Below, piece after piece: positions 40,354 to 54,632 of a stretch of DNA of 64,000 nucleotides (within the stretch, counting starts at the first letter, position 1; every line of letters starts with the position of its first letter). The translations under genes and the position numbers were made by a program. Below the pieces are notes generated by a model that was not told the origin of the DNA, ran no database searches, and worked only from the letters and a program-made list of their open reading frames with translations. Source of the stretch: Octopus bimaculoides (Eukaryota); contig NC_068985.1 in assembly GCF_001194135.2 (NCBI RefSeq), forward strand, positions 124,579,418 through 124,643,417. The letters are read 5' to 3'.

Positions 40354-41055
40354 CTGATGTGCTCTCCTATTAGTTTCAATGTATGAGTAAACTGTTGGTC
40401 AATGGATTGACTGGTTTACTCATTGAATGAACATGCAAAGTGGCTGAGTATTCTACGGTCACATGTAACCTTAATGTAATTCTCAAATAAAATCTGTATG
40501 ACACATTGTGACAAGGCTGGACCTTTGAATTATAAATACAATCCATCTGATGAGCTTCTACACAGATTCTGTCTGCTCAAATTCAGGGTCTACCTGAGGT
40601 TATGATTAAGTGACTTATACAAGATACCATACTGTGGGATTGAACCCAAGATCTCATGGTTATGAAGCAACCTTCCTAATCAATCTTCTATGTGGGTGTG
40701 CAAATGTGAAGATGTACATGTAAGTGTACAAATTAAACAAAATATATCCATCTTTTTTTGTGTTAGTCACTCCTACAAACATTTCCAATATCCATTCCTA
40801 TTACATTAGCCACATTGTACATCCATGTGTGTATGTTTGCTGTAAGTTTTACACTGACAGCAGCATGTTTTTAAAATCACGAGCAGGGAAAAAGCTAGCC
40901 AGTAACTTAATCACTTCGGTCATCATCTTTTAATTATATCTGTAAAATAAAATGTAAAGTAGTTGAGATGATGTCATGAAATGTTGCCTTTGAAAGTATT
41001 TATATCATGTCATTGCTTTAGCAGCTGACTTCTTTGTGTTCTTTTTTCTTTTCAG

Positions 41056-41202
41056 GATGAAGAAGTTTTAAAAGTGACAAAACTGATGCCGGCAGGTAGT
41101 GAGAGTCTATCTTCTCCTCCAAGTCTTTTAGGGTTTCGTAACGGATGTCTTCCACCTATTTGCTCGACAGTTTCCCTTGAGACACCTGTAGGCCGTCCTC
41201 AG
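41056..41202 (+). CDS. FAM149B1: FAM149-like exon (DEEVLKVTKL...SLSSPP...RNGCLPPICS...PQ)
   Basis: Matches human EEILRGARV..DSLSSPSPTPLSRNNLLPPIGT. Phase 0/0. Confidence 0.92.
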
Positions 41203-43429
41203 GTATTGTACATTAACAGTTATCAATTGTTATAGCTATGAATTTGCAAAAGTTTAAGTGCTGGGTTAATTGTTATAAGTATCTCATTTAAACTTTCATG
41301 CCTGCTTAAAATGTAACTTGAGGTGATTCTGAAAAAGAAATATAGCTTTTTATCTTACCAGGAAATGAAATTAAATTAAATGCTAAAAATTATATTGGCT
41401 ATTTTATATGATGCCTGATTGAGTGATAAAAAAAATTAGGGTGGCTTAGGATTTGAAGGTCTCCAGATAACAAGAGGCAAGCAATAGACTGACCATGTGA
41501 ATATAATAATATATAAAACCTAAAAGTCTAGTTTAACCTAAACAACTGCATCAAACAGGAGGCTTATAACAGGAAAAAGGAATAAGAACAAAAGGATAAA
41601 TCTTCCAACAGGTTAACTATTTAATTTAGCAAGTAGAAATCATGGCCAGGACTAAATTTATTCAAATTTAGTTCACCAGAAGATTGTACATACTTTATGG
41701 CTTTACAAAATCAGTGCATTTGGAAATGAAAAAGAATGAGTATTACATTTTCTTTTAAGAGAGTAAGACATATTCAAATGTAATGCAAGAAATGATAAAG
41801 AGCCAACGCAGATTTTCATAATCTCTGTCAATTCATGCCAAGAAGTATAATAGAAAGTGCTAGAATAAGCAAGAGTTTGTTATATTTTTCTCTTTTTGTA
41901 AAGATGAGTTACAAGCCAGGTTACTCCAGTGAAAAATTATTCTCATTAAAAAGAATTATATGTATATACAATGAAAGAAAAAATAAGTGTATGCATCTGA
42001 CCTTTACGAGAGTTGTAATAATCTGTTCAGTAACAAAGAAAGTTCCATTCATGATGTCATTCCATATCTATGTCATGCCAGCACCTGATTTATTTTTAAC
42101 TATATGCTATTGTGTATTTCACAAGAAGAGATGTTGGCACTACGTTAGAGTGTCTCTAGCTGACATTATAGCAAAGTAAGCTGACTAAAGAGCAGGCAAA
42201 TCACATGATCTTCAAGAAGAGCAAACATTGTTTGCTACTATTCAATTGACTTTAACTCCCCTTTACAGATGAGATAATTATTACTAATTGACTACTCTTT
42301 TTTTTTTTATTAATTACAATTCCAATTTTTATATAGAAAGAATGAATGAATTATTCCCTGTAATTAATTCTTAGTTCATATTTGACTCTTCTTTATTTTA
42401 GTCTTTATTAGTAAATATAATATTGGCAATGGATTAGCATAACCATTAGAGTATCAGAAAAATACTTTGCAGTGTTTCTTCTGGTTTACTACATTCTGAG
42501 TTCAAATCATGCTGAGGTCGATCCTTTCTGGGATTGAAAAAATATGGTACTTGTCAAGTACTAAGGTTGTTGGTATCATGTAAATCCTTCCTCTAAAACT
42601 GCTGTCCTTGCCTAAATCAGAAACCATTATTAATAAACCTGATGAAAGCAGTAATTGTGCCTAAGCTAGTGGAGTGATGGTAAAGCATTTAGTTTTGTCC
42701 CTCTCAGTTCTCTGTTCATATCATAAAAGAACTCGATCACCTTTGCCTTTGATCTCTCTAGTGCCGATAGAATATATTGGAATTAGATACACGAGTGTTA
42801 AACCAATTCATAATAACACTCTTCCTAATAAAATTGACTCTAATACATCTAGATTAAAGAAATAAGAAGTTAGAGTTAGAGAGAGCAGTACCCTTAATTT
42901 TCTTGAACTTCTCTGTGAATGATGGATGGGTAGAACTGAAAAATTGCCTATATATGTATATGTATGTATATATATGTATANNNNNNNNNNNNNNNNNNNN
43001 NNNNNNNNNNNNNNNNNNNNNNNNNNNNNNNNNNNNNNNNNNNNNNNNNNNNNNNNNNNNNNNNNNNNNNNNNNNNNNNNNNNNNNNNNNNNNNNNNNNN
43101 NNNNNNNNNNNNNNNNNNNNNNNNNNNNNNNNNNNNNNNNNNNNNNNNNNNNNNNNATATGCGAGTAAAAATAAATACAAAAAAAGGGGGTTTTGTATGA
43201 TTGTGTATAGAGGAATATATTATTTTGTTTAAAAGAGTTCCAACACTGTCTGTTTTTTATGTTTTATTTATATTCCTGCAAAACCAATGTGGAAAATAGA
43301 ATATGGAATATACAATATATAATATAATATACAATATATAATATAAAATAAAAATGGATGGTACTATGAAATAAAGTATTGAATGTCATATTGAATATAT
43401 ATATATAGCAGCTCTCCATTGATAGTGAC

Positions 43430-43720
43430 AATGAGTGCTTCTGTTGATTCAATCAACAGAACAGCCTGCTTATGAAATTAACATGCAAGTGGATGAGCAC
43501 TTCACAGACATGCTCTCCCTGAGAATTTAACATAGTTCTCAGGGAGATTCAGTGTGACAAGGCTGGCCCTTTTAATTGCAGGTAAAATTCATTTTTGCCA
43601 GCTGAGTGGACTGGAGCAGTGAGAAATAAAGTGTCTTGCTCAAGGACACAAAGCATTGGCAGGCATGAAACTCATGACCTTAAAACCGTGATCCAAATTC
43701 CCTAGCCCCTAAGCCACAAA
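43430..43720 (-). mobile_element. tRNA-derived SINE, second family
   Basis: GTGTCTTGCTCAAGGACAC core. Better copy at 51262-51600, partial copy at 40370-40690. Confidence 0.7.
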
Positions 43721-45048
43721 AAGTACCAACACTGCATTGTTAAGAATGAATATGTGTTCAAAGTAATATAGTCTCTCTGTAAGAATATTATCTGTGGATA
43801 TTAAATATTATCTTAGGCAGCTAAGAATGAAGTATCCAATTGATTTCATCTCCCTTATCACCTGAGATTTATTTCACATTTCAGTTGGTGAAGTTACAAA
43901 ATCTATCTTCTGCAAAATATAAACAAAGACACAGGCATGGCTGTGTGGTTAAGCAGCTTGCTTTGCAAGTATGTGGTTAAAAGGCTCACTTTGCTGCCAC
44001 ATGGTTTTGGATTCAGTCCCGCAGCATCATGGACAAGTGTCTTCAGCTATAGCCCTAGGCCAGTCAATGCCTTGCGAATGAATTTGGTCAATGAAAACTG
44101 TGTGCATGCGTGTGTGTGTGTCTTTGTGCCTGTGTTTATGCCCCTCCTCCGACTGTTTGTGCTGGTTCATATATGTCCCTGTAACTTTGCAGTTCATCAA
44201 AAGTGACCAATAGAATAAGTACCAGACTTAAAAATAAATAGTGTGGTCAATCTGTTTGAATAAAACACTTCAAAGTGGTACCCCAGCATGGCTGCAGTCC
44301 AATGACTGAAGCAAGTAAAAGATAGACTATAATGGTATGGGGCTGAAAGTCTGAATTTAATGATACAAGTACCAACACAGCATTGATTTAATATAATAAA
44401 TGTGTATATGAAAATAATCATATACAGCATATTTAATAAACATATATACATATATATAATCTATTAGTCACACTATGGAAATATAATGTGCATAAATCAC
44501 TGGAGCAATGCTTTCATAATGGTCACTCTACTACCCACTGATGAAGGCAAAATGTATATATATAATTTTATATACTCAGCTCCACTAAAAACATGGTCTT
44601 TTATCCAGAGTAAATATACATAAAATATACAGGTTTGTTTTTAATATATTTGTATCTTATTTTCCACATGTCATTCTAATTTATTTATACTATATTAGCA
44701 GGACCCATGGAAATTCCATGGAATGAAAACAATTAAGAGAACTTTTTTAAGAAAGATAGGAAGATTTGCATATAAATGATAGAAAAATATACAGTAACAA
44801 TCTATACAATACTTAATGCATATATCATTTGTTAGTATTTAATTCTATTGAAACAACTTTAAATTATATACAATTAATGTACATGAAATGATATGGAGAA
44901 TATACACAATGTTTTTATTTCACTTGATTAGTTTCAGTTCCATTGCAGATTTTTAAAAATAACATCCACAGCTATTTTGCCAAGTTATTTCACTTCCAGT
45001 CACAATAATATATTATATTATTTTAGAATTTCCTTCTGCTAAACACTT

Positions 45049-45096
<48 letters not shown>

Positions 45097-45150
45097 NNNN
45101 NNNNNNNNNNNNNNNNNNNNNNNNNNNNNNNNNNNNNNNNNNNNNNNNNN

Positions 45151-45182
<32 letters not shown>

Positions 45183-45773
45183 ACTCTTTCCTTCCCTCTT
45201 ACTTCAAACTTTTAACCATGTAATTCCCCTCTTCATTTCATTAACGTTTCTCTCTTCCTCTTTACCTCTCACTGCCACTCACCATGCTGTCACGTTGTTA
45301 GTGGAAGTGGGTATCTGCTATTTCTCTTACTTCTCCTCCCTCTCTCTCACTCTCACACTGCCTCTCTCTGTCACTCTCACTCTACCTCCCCTTTCACTAA
45401 CAAAGCATAACATATGAATGAACAAACAAGTCGAATTATAATATAGATGTGTGTATGTATACATATGTGTGTGCACTGTTACATGAGATATGTAATGTTT
45501 TCAAGAATGTATAATTATCACCACTTTCCAAATTTCTTTCCTTGAACTCTTGAATATATTGTCTACATAGGATGTCATTAATTCTACAAAGTCCAGTTTG
45601 TTGAGGTGGTCATTTCAGGCTTATTATTTTCTTGCCTTCTTGTTCACTTTTATCATTTTTAAATGTCAGTCTATCATGGTCTCTCATCTCCCTCGCTCAC
45701 CATTCTCCCTTATCCTTTTTTTTTTTTGCCAAAATGCAAGGTGAAACTTTAAGGTCCCTCATTGTATTTTCAG

Positions 45774-45902
45774 CGGTATGTGGGGGGTTCTAACAGCAAT
45801 CGTATCAGCAGTGCAGTCGGAGACAAAGACAAGAGAAGTGGATCCTTCCTTCATAGGGAGAAATCAGCACTCTCTGCTGAGGGACGCCCAAACACAACAC
45901 GG
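45774..45902 (+). CDS. FAM149B1: FAM149-like exon (RYVGGSNSNRISSAVGDKD...EGRPNTTR)
   Basis: Matches human SSRAQSAVVDE...RPNTT. tattttcag acceptor, phase 0/0. Confidence 0.9.
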
Positions 45903-46209
45903 GTTTGTTAGATTTCAATTCTTAATATTAGAATTAGAAATATTAGTCTTAGTTGCTTCCCACAGTTGACATCTCTCACTTGACATGTTTTCTTCAGATT
46001 CTGATAAAGACCTGCAGAGAGCTTTTTTTCTTCTCTTTTTTTTTGTGTCAAGGTTTTCCCCTCAATGAATCCAAACATTTTGTCTTCAAAGATTTTACAC
46101 CATTAATAAAATATTTATATGCCATTGTAATAATCTAGCACATTTGGCGAGAAAAGTATTGAGCTGTATTAGGTGCTTATTATTGTAATTGCTGATGTTG
46201 TTGTTGTTT

Positions 46210-46727
46210 ATTACTATTATTATTATCATTAAGGTGATGAGCTGGCAGAATCATTAGCACTCCAGGATAAATGCTTAGCGACATCTCGTCCATCTTTATA
46301 TTCTGGGTTCCAATGCTGCAAGGGTTAACTTTGCCTTTTATCCTTTTAGGGTCAATAAAATAAATACCAATTGAGCACTGAGGTCAAAGTAATTAACTTA
46401 GCCCCTTCCCCCGAAATTGCTGGCCTTGTGTCAAATTTTGAAATCATTATTATTAGCATTATTACTACTACTACTACTACTACTAGTTCTAATATTATAT
46501 AAAATGGTGAGTTGACAGAATCATTACTTTGCCAGACAATTGACTGCATTTTTCTGGCTCTTTACATTCTGAGTTCAAATTCCACTGAGGTTGACTTTGC
46601 TTTTCATCCTTTTGGGATCAATACAATAATTATCAGTACTGGAATCAATGACAACAACTATCCACCTCCCCCAAAATTTCTGGCCTTGTGCCTTTAGTAA
46701 AAAAGAATTATTATCATTGTTATTTTT

Positions 46728-46760
<33 letters not shown>

Positions 46761-48010
46761 GAAGGCATCACACAATATATAATATTGTGATGTTGTAGAT
46801 TGAAAATATAGAGTGTACCAAGGATTTGTGTTGTCTAAGTCATAATAAGGGTCCCAGACAGACAGCACTTTACACACTATACGTGCAGCTCCAAGTAAAG
46901 CTGATTTTTGCAACACACTAAGATTGAAGGGTATTTCTAAGGTGTCCAGGTGTTTCTTTAGCTTGGGTGGTATTGAATCTAATTCTCTGATGACAACAGG
47001 AACAACCTTTATATTTGACTCACATGGCTGCAACATCTTGGCAATTTCTATTTTCAGGTTTCCATATTTATTGACCCTTTCTCTTTCCTTCATGACAATA
47101 TGTTGATCTCCTGGCACTGTCACATCAGTTATTAGGCACTCTTGTCTGTCCCTCTTAAAGGCTACTGTATCTGGCCTTAGGTGCTTAACACTTTGTCTAG
47201 ATGTCAAAGTCCTTGGGAATCTTTGCCTTATTATTATAATTATTATCATTATTATTGTGGTGAATTAACAGAGTCATTTGAAGTCATAAAAATGCCTTAC
47301 AGTATTTGTTTTAGCTTTTTACATTCTGAATTCGCATACCAGCAAGGCCAACTTTTCCTTTCACCATTTGTGGATCAATAAAATAACATGCCAATCTAAT
47401 TCTGAGATTGCTGTAATGCCTTGCCCATCTCCCTTCAAAACAGCTGGCTTTGAGCCTAAACTTGACACCATTATTATTAAAGAAGTGGAATGGTAATATT
47501 GGTAGAGCATTGGATAAAATTCTTTTTGTCTGAATTTCATCCTTCATTTAAAAGTGCTTTGAGTTTTGCAAGAACAATAGGAATGGCCTGAATACTTTGT
47601 GGTATTTAGTTAAATTGTCTTGGATTCCAATGTCGTCCACTTCGTTTTTCATTCTTTCAGAATCAATAAAATAAAATGCCATTCTTACACACCAGTCAAT
47701 AAAATCGTCTGACTTCCTCCCACCAAACTTCTAACTTTCTGCTTAATCAGATTTCAGAATTGTTACAACACTGGACAAAATGCCTTGTGATGTTTTTTTT
47801 TTTTTTTATGGTTCTTTACACTCTGAGTTTAAATCCTACTGAAGTCAACTTTGTTTCAATACCAACAGGGTCAACTTTGCCTTTCGTCCATTTGGGGGTC
47901 AAGAAAATAAAGCACCAATCATACCCTGGGTTCAATGTATTTGACTACCACCCCACTCCCTTCAAAATTGCTGCTCTAGTACCAAACTTTGAAACCCATA
48001 TTATTATTGA
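46210..48010 (+). mobile_element. Array of about six AT-rich SINE units interrupted by a LINE fragment
   Basis: Recurrent CTGAGTT(C/T)AAAT...AAAATAA..ACCA units with (ATT/ACT)n linkers. Confidence 0.65.
46727..47200 (-). mobile_element. R4/Dong-like (restriction-like endonuclease) LINE 3' end with (GAT)n tail
   Basis: LRPDTVAF...CLITDVTVPGD..IVMKERERVNKYGNLKIEI...VVPVVI...LQKSALLGAARIVCKVLSV. Confidence 0.8.
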
Positions 48011-48441
48011 AGTAATAAAAAACCACAAATATTAGTGAAACTGATGCAATGCCATTTGATATTTAGTTACATTATTTTGCATGCAGATTTTAGTTTTTAC
48101 CAGAGACTGAATTTAATTTACATCCTTCTGAGATAAATGATAAAAGTTCCAGTCATACAAGAGTACTGTTTAAACCAGCTAGACTTAATCTCAACAGATC
48201 TATTGTCTTATACTCATACAATTTAATTTCTGTTGTGCTGCACTGCTGTATAAACTTATTTTCATCTATCTTCAGAGTTCAAATCCTGTTAGGGTTGAAT
48301 TTTCCTTTCATTCTCTCATGGTTAATAAAATAAGTACCAGACCTACATTATCTCATTGAAGCTTTTTTGTTTCAAATTAGTATACTAGGGTTAACATTTG
48401 CCATTTAGTCATTTAAAGTTGTTGAATATAAATTTCTGACA

Positions 48442-49355
48442 TTGACGCATGCGTACGAACAGCCATGCTACATGGCAGTGAAACATGGGCTGTAACTGCT
48501 GAGGACATACGTAAGCTCGCAAGGAATGAAGCCAGTATGCTCCGTTGGATGTGTAATGTCAATGTGAATACCCGTCAGAGTGTAAGTATCTTGAGAGAAA
48601 AGCTGAACATTAGAAGCATCAGTTGTGGCGTGCAAGAGAGACGATTGCGCTGGTATGGACATGTGGTGAGAATGGATGAGGATAGCTGCGTGAAAAAGTG
48701 CCACACCCTAACAGTTGAGGGAACCCGTGGAAGAGGTAGGCCCAGGAAGACCTGGGNNNNNNNNNNNNNNNNNNNNNNNNNNNNNNNNNNNNNNNNNNNN
48801 NNNNNNNNNNNNNNNNNNNNNNNNNNNNNNNNNNNNNNNNNNNNNNNNNNNNNNNNNNNNNNNNNNNNNNNNNNNNNNNNNNNNNNNNNNNNNNNNNNNN
48901 NNNNNNNNNNNNNNNNNNNNNNNNNNNNNNNNNNNNNNNNNNNNNNNNNNNNNNNNNNNNNNNNNNNNNNNNNNNNNNNNNNNNNNNNNNNNNNNNNNNN
49001 NNNNNNNNNNNNNNNNNNNNNNNNNNNNNNNNNNNNNNNNNNCAGTACCGCCTGACTGGCTCCCATAGGATTTTCGAGTGAGATCGTTGCCAGTGCCCCT
49101 GGACTGGCTTGTGCGGGTGGCACATAAAAGACACCATTTCGAGCGTGGCCGTTTTCGTGCGGGTGACACGTAAAAGCACCCACTACACTCTCAGAGTGGT
49201 TGGCGTTAGGAAGGGCATCCAGCTGTAGAAACTCTGCCAAATTAGATTGGAGCCTGGTGTTGCCATCCGGTTTCACCAGTCCTCAGTCAAATCGTCCAAC
49301 CCATGCTAGCATGGAAAGCGGACGTTAAACGATGATGATGATGATGATGATGATA
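48442..49355 (+). mobile_element. Young 5'-truncated RTE LINE spanning an N-gap
   Basis: Open DACVRTAMLHGSETW...RRLRWYGHVVRM...GRGRPRKTW, then 3' UTR ending (GAT)n at ~49355. Confidence 0.9.
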
Positions 49356-50505
49356 CAAGGCCGTAAATTTTGAGAAGGGATGGTTAAAGTCACTTTAATG
49401 AACCAGAATTTGACTGGTATTTTATTTTATCAACACTGAAAGGATGACAGACAAATTTGACCTCAATGGCAGAATGATTCTGCAACTCCTCTATCACTAC
49501 CTTAGCCAAATGTAGGCACCATTAATATTCATTCAACCATAAACCTTTCCATTTTGGAAAAGTGTCCTTAAAAAAAAATCATAATTTGACTATTGTTGTT
49601 CTTATTGTTTAGTCTTAAGTGAACCTTGATCAAGTACACCTACAATCAGATGTGTCCTTCTCATTTTAAGCTTGTAAGGTGTGATTTGATAGAGATTTAG
49701 CTATTTCTAATGGTTGGAACAACTATACTGAGGTTCTCTTGTTGGTTTATTACAAAAGAATCATATCCTCTTAACTATTGCCAGGAATCCACCCCTATTC
49801 TATAGCATATAATACATAATATATCAACATAATGAATTTCGTATATTGTAATATGAAGTCATGGAATAGAGGTGAATTCTCAGAGATAGTTAATGAGATA
49901 TATTTTATAATTATCTTAATTTAAAATTAACTATCTTAAGACAGTAATAAGAGGAAAATAATGATCCCTGATGCTTCTGGATAGAATGTTACCAATTATT
50001 TTGTAGGAAGAAGGTAACTTCCTAAGAAATGCCTGAGACCTAAATTAAATAAAATAACTAGAATTAAGAGTCTTATCACTCAACACAAAGGAGAATGCTT
50101 AAGATTGGATATAAAACCAAAATAACCCAGGAATTAGTAACTCCAATGTCTTACTCTCTCTCAGTCAAACTATCACTCAGCAATACAAATGTCTCTCTAA
50201 TATATTTTTCTGAATATTTCATTGTGAACTCATTAGAACTCTAAAACTGATTTAGCTTTAATTTCAAGCTGAAGCCAATTCATTTCAGTTACAATGCTAA
50301 CACTCTTGGAAATGGTATTTTATAGCATTTCAGTTTTGCTTTTTGGAATATGTTTGTTCCTACTCATTTAAACCCAATATTATTAAAAATGTTTATTTAA
50401 GTCACCTAAAAAGACTATACATTTTGTTTCATGTGTTATACTGATACAGCCACTACACTAGCACTGTGTCATCCCTGATTCTGTTGTTTTCCTTAAAAAT
50501 TATAG

Positions 50506-50599
50506 TCTGAGACACCATTCAGTACACTGTTGATGCGTCGGTCCTCTACACCTCCTTGGCAACAGACTCTCAATTCCAGCAGAGGGCATTCACTGATAG
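50506..50599 (+). CDS. FAM149B1: FAM149-like exon (SETPFSTLLMRRSSTPPWQQTLNSSRGHSLI)
   Basis: ttatag acceptor, gtaagc donor, phase 0 to 1. This is the only open frame. Confidence 0.85.
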
Positions 50600-50953
50600 G
50601 TAAGCAACTGAGCTGAATCAAGTTTGATATATAAATTTAACTAACATATAACCACTTACTTAGATACATACATATTTATGTTTAGTACTTGTATTTTCTG
50701 CCATGCTATGGTTTTGATTTACAGTAGACATTAGTAATAGTTGCAAAAGCAAAAGGTATACTTGTTGTTTTACTTCTCCAACTATTACAAGAGTCTGCAA
50801 AACTTAAAACATGGAGCATGCTCCTTATATCAGGTTTTGTATTTAAGATGTGAAATATATAATTACCAACGTTAATGACCACAAGTTTAATGGCTATGTC
50901 TTTTAATTTCCACTGTCCAGAAGTATCCATTTTGCATGTCATTTTACTTTCAG

Positions 50954-51097
50954 GTGGTCAAAATGTAACTTTAGGAATCAGTGGCAACAGCCTACAGCCT
51001 TTTGTCAGTGGAGATATCCATTCACATATGTCTTTACCCCAAGAAGATATACCAGAAGCAGATGAACTCCACCCAGAAATTATTTGTTCTTCATGGG
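50954..51097 (+). CDS. FAM149B1: FAM149-like exon (GGQNVTLGISGNSLQPF...IICSSW)
   Basis: tactttcag acceptor, gtaggc donor, phase 1/1. Confidence 0.85.
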
Positions 51098-53214
51098 GTA
51101 GGCAGATTCAGTTTCTATACTACAGTGTCATTTCCATTATCTCTTGTCTTTTCTATTTTGTAAATAATGAGCTGGTATCACCAAAAAGTGACAGGTATAT
51201 TCAATTCACCTTATTTTGAATTAAATATCAATTTTGAATATTTTAGAGGAATTGACCTTGTGGTTATAAATGACTGGCACTCTGTCGGTTGCGATGACAA
51301 GGGTTCCAGTTGATCCAATCAACAGAACAGCTTGCTCAAGAAATTAACATGTAAGTGGCTGAGCACTCCACAGACACGTGTACCCTTAATGTAATTCTCA
51401 GGGAGATTCAGCATGACACAGAATGTGACAAGGCTGACCCTTTTGAAATACAGGGGCTACTCATTTTTGCCAGCTAAATGGACTGGAGCAACGTGAAATA
51501 AAGTGTCTTGCTCAAGGACACTATGCATTACTGGAACTGAACTCACAACCTTATGATCATGAGCCAAAATGCCCTAACCACTAAGCCATGCGCCTTCACT
51601 TTTATAAATGACTAAGTAAATATTAAATGCATTCACTCTTATTATATTTTGGGAGTTGGATGAGTGACAAAGTGTCTTTTTTTTTGTATTCTATTACAAG
51701 TACTAGTCGTTAGCTATTGGTTGTGAATCACTATGACTATCTCTAATGAATTATTCTTTAATCCTCATCCTGATTGGGCAATTCTGTGATGAAAGGTGTT
51801 CTAGTCATGATTGTCCCATTTGTCTCTCAAGTATTGTGCATCTAGTACTACATGTTCCTTTGATTTTAAGTTGTTAGTGTAATTTGAAGGAGATCAGATT
51901 TCTAGAAGGTCAAACAATCACGTTGAGGCTTCCTTGTTGGAATGTACCCCTATCAAGTAATTTTCTCAGAAGGTTGTTCCATCATATAATTTCATCAATT
52001 TTGTCATAATATTACAAAAATCTTGGCTAAAAAGTGCCTACCTAGTAAGCAGGTACTAATAAGTAACCTGCTCAGAACTTATTAAGATGACATCATATCC
52101 ACAAATACATCTCCAAATGCAGGAACAAAATCACAGCACATAAGTGGAAAATATATTTCCTATTTTTAAGAATGCCATTAATACCAACAGTTTTACTCAA
52201 ATATTTTTATTGTTAGTACTCCTATTTTTTTAGTAATTTGACCCAGATCATGCTCAGTGAGGGATGTGGTTACCCTGATCATCTTAATGCATATTCCAGA
52301 GCATTAAAACATTGTTGGTAATACTTTGTAATATGTAATACAACATTGCTGACAATGATAAACAGAAATTATATCTATGATCATGGATTGATTGAAAATT
52401 CATGACCTAATAAACTATTTGGTTCTGAAGAATGTGGCATTTTTTTTAAAGGTAATTATTGATTAAGTGACTGACCTTTTCAAGAGAAACCTTCATATTC
52501 TGATTACATCTTATAAATTTTTCCAACTTGTAATGAAAATTGGTCAGAATTGAGGATTAGGGAACTGATGCAAAATAACTGGCATGATAAAAGATAAAGT
52601 TTCAAATAAAATTGACCATCTGATACATGATTAAATTGTCATGTGTATGCCACACGAAGTGTGACTTGCTTGTTTTCATGATAAAAATTCATTACTCAAT
52701 GTTATATGTTTAAATTTATGCTAAAGAAGCTGAACAACTTAGTGGTACAGTAAAATCAAACAACAGTACAAAAATTTCTGAAATTTCATTAAATTATAAT
52801 AAAGTTTCTAATGATCCAAATCCAAATAAAAGTAATATAAAAATAGAATAACCAGTGGAAAAGTTATGTAAAAATATTATATCATCACAAAAAATTTGTC
52901 CATATTAGGATAAGATATTAATTTATATAGGAAAATTGGTTATTTAGCAAATGTATGCATGGCTATGATATCAAATATTACTATATGCATGCATCCTGAA
53001 ATTTTGGGGGAAGGGACTAGTCAATTACATCAACCTCAATGTCCAACTGGTACTTATTTTATCAACCTCGAAAGGATGAAAGGCAAACTCAACTTTGGCA
53101 GCATTTGAACACAGAACATAATGATGGATGAAATGTCACTAAGCATTTTGCCCAGCACACTAATGATTCTGCCAGCTCTCTACCTTGATGGAAGATATGA
53201 TGATGATATCATCA

Positions 53215-53470
53215 TCATCTTCATTTAATGTTTGTTTTCCATGTTGGCATAGGTCAGAATGTTCGACAGGAGCTGGTAAGGCCGAAGACGGCACCAGGCT
53301 CCATTATCTGTTCTGGCATGGTTTCTATAGCTGGATGCCCTTCATAATACCAACTACTTTACAGAGTATACTGGGTGCTTTTTACATGGCACTGGCACCA
53401 TCATTAGTGCCTTGTACATGACACCAGCACCAGTACTTTTTATGTGGCACCATCACCAGTATTAATTCTG
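53215..53470 (-). mobile_element. RTE-type 3' tail
   Basis: Starts at (CAT)n; reverse complement of the 49190-49355 tail family. Confidence 0.65.
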
Positions 53471-53744
53471 CTGTGGTGGATGGGTCTTCTTGAGTTCTGC
53501 AAGGTGCCAGATATCTCAGTCTTTTGTCATCTCCTTTGTAAGGCTCAGTGTCTTGAGATTGGCCTTCAGTACTTCATTCCATATCATCTTACTTCTCCTT
53601 CCACGAGTTACATCCTCTTGAAATTTGTTATAAATCTTCAACCCAATTAACCAATCATAAAAGTTTCAATTTTCATTTTATTCTATTAGTAGTATATATG
53701 AATCAAATATTGAAGCTAAATCAATATATATTCTTTTCTACTCT

Positions 53745-53945
53745 AGGCACAAGGCCCGAAATGTTTTTGGGGAGGGGGAGCCAGTCGATTAGATCGACCC
53801 CAGTATGCAACTGGTACTTAATTTATTGAACCTGAAAGGATGAAAAGCAAAGTCAGCCTCGGCGGGATTTGAACCCAGAACGTAAAGTCAGGCGAAATAC
53901 TGCTAAGCATTCCACTCAGCGTGCTAACGTTTCTGCTGGCTCACC
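53745..53945 (-). mobile_element. AT-rich SINE copy (relatively young)
   Basis: Full unit with partial CpG retention. Confidence 0.75.
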
Positions 53946-54276
53946 AACTTGCTATTTCAATACAAATTGGTTAAATTTGAATTAACTTCCAGCACCACTG
54001 GAACATTGATTTAAATACATATAAAAATATCTTTATTAGAACCTCTATCAACAATATTACATGATTATTGGAATAAAAATGTTCTAGTTGAAGGAAAATG
54101 CTTATTAAACATTAGAATAGGAAATAAACAACCACAAAATTTAGAAGCCTTTGTTAACAGTTCTAAAATGGGTTCAAATAAATTCACAGTTAACTGGTTA
54201 AAAACATTTAATATGTCACTAATACCTATGTTCAACAGTATTACTAATATAGTAAATTCAAATAACAAACAATTAC

Positions 54277-54632
54277 AAAACAGAGAGAAAAAAAATGAAT
54301 GTGAAGATGTGCACAAGAAACATTAATTTGATGCTCAGTGAAAGGAGTTCATGTTTCAAGCATAGCTCTTCATCAGAAAGAGAAAATTCCAAAGAAAAAG
54401 AAGGAAAAATAAGGGAAAATTGTCAGCAATCCATGTGTGGTTACATTTCAGAAATGTAATTGCATGTGGATTGTTGGCAATTTTTCCTTATTCTTCCTTC
54501 TTTCTCTTTGGACTTTTCTCTTTCCAATGAAGAGCTATGCTCAAAACATTAACAACTCTCTCCTTTCACTGAACATCAAATTAATATATTTCTTGTGCAC
54601 ATCTTCACATTCATTTTTTTTCTCTCTGTTTT
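54277..54632. repeat. About 355-bp palindrome of two inverted PLE-like pLTR arms with dead hammerheads
   Basis: Centre ACATTTC-A-GAAATGT at 54450. Arms contain CTGATGAAGAGCTATGCTTGAAAC (minus) and CCAATGAAGAGCTATGCTCAAAAC (plus). Confidence 0.8.

Noticed and set aside
42854-43232. ORFs spanning N-gaps (also 228-740, 48575-49276, 60044-60623, 63026-63534)
   Set aside because: Their length comes from undetermined bases.
44535-44560. CTGATGAAGGC hammerhead-like core
   Set aside because: No downstream stem II or GAAAC.
48445-48456. NRF1-like palindrome ACGCATGCGT
   Set aside because: It is RTE coding sequence (DACV).
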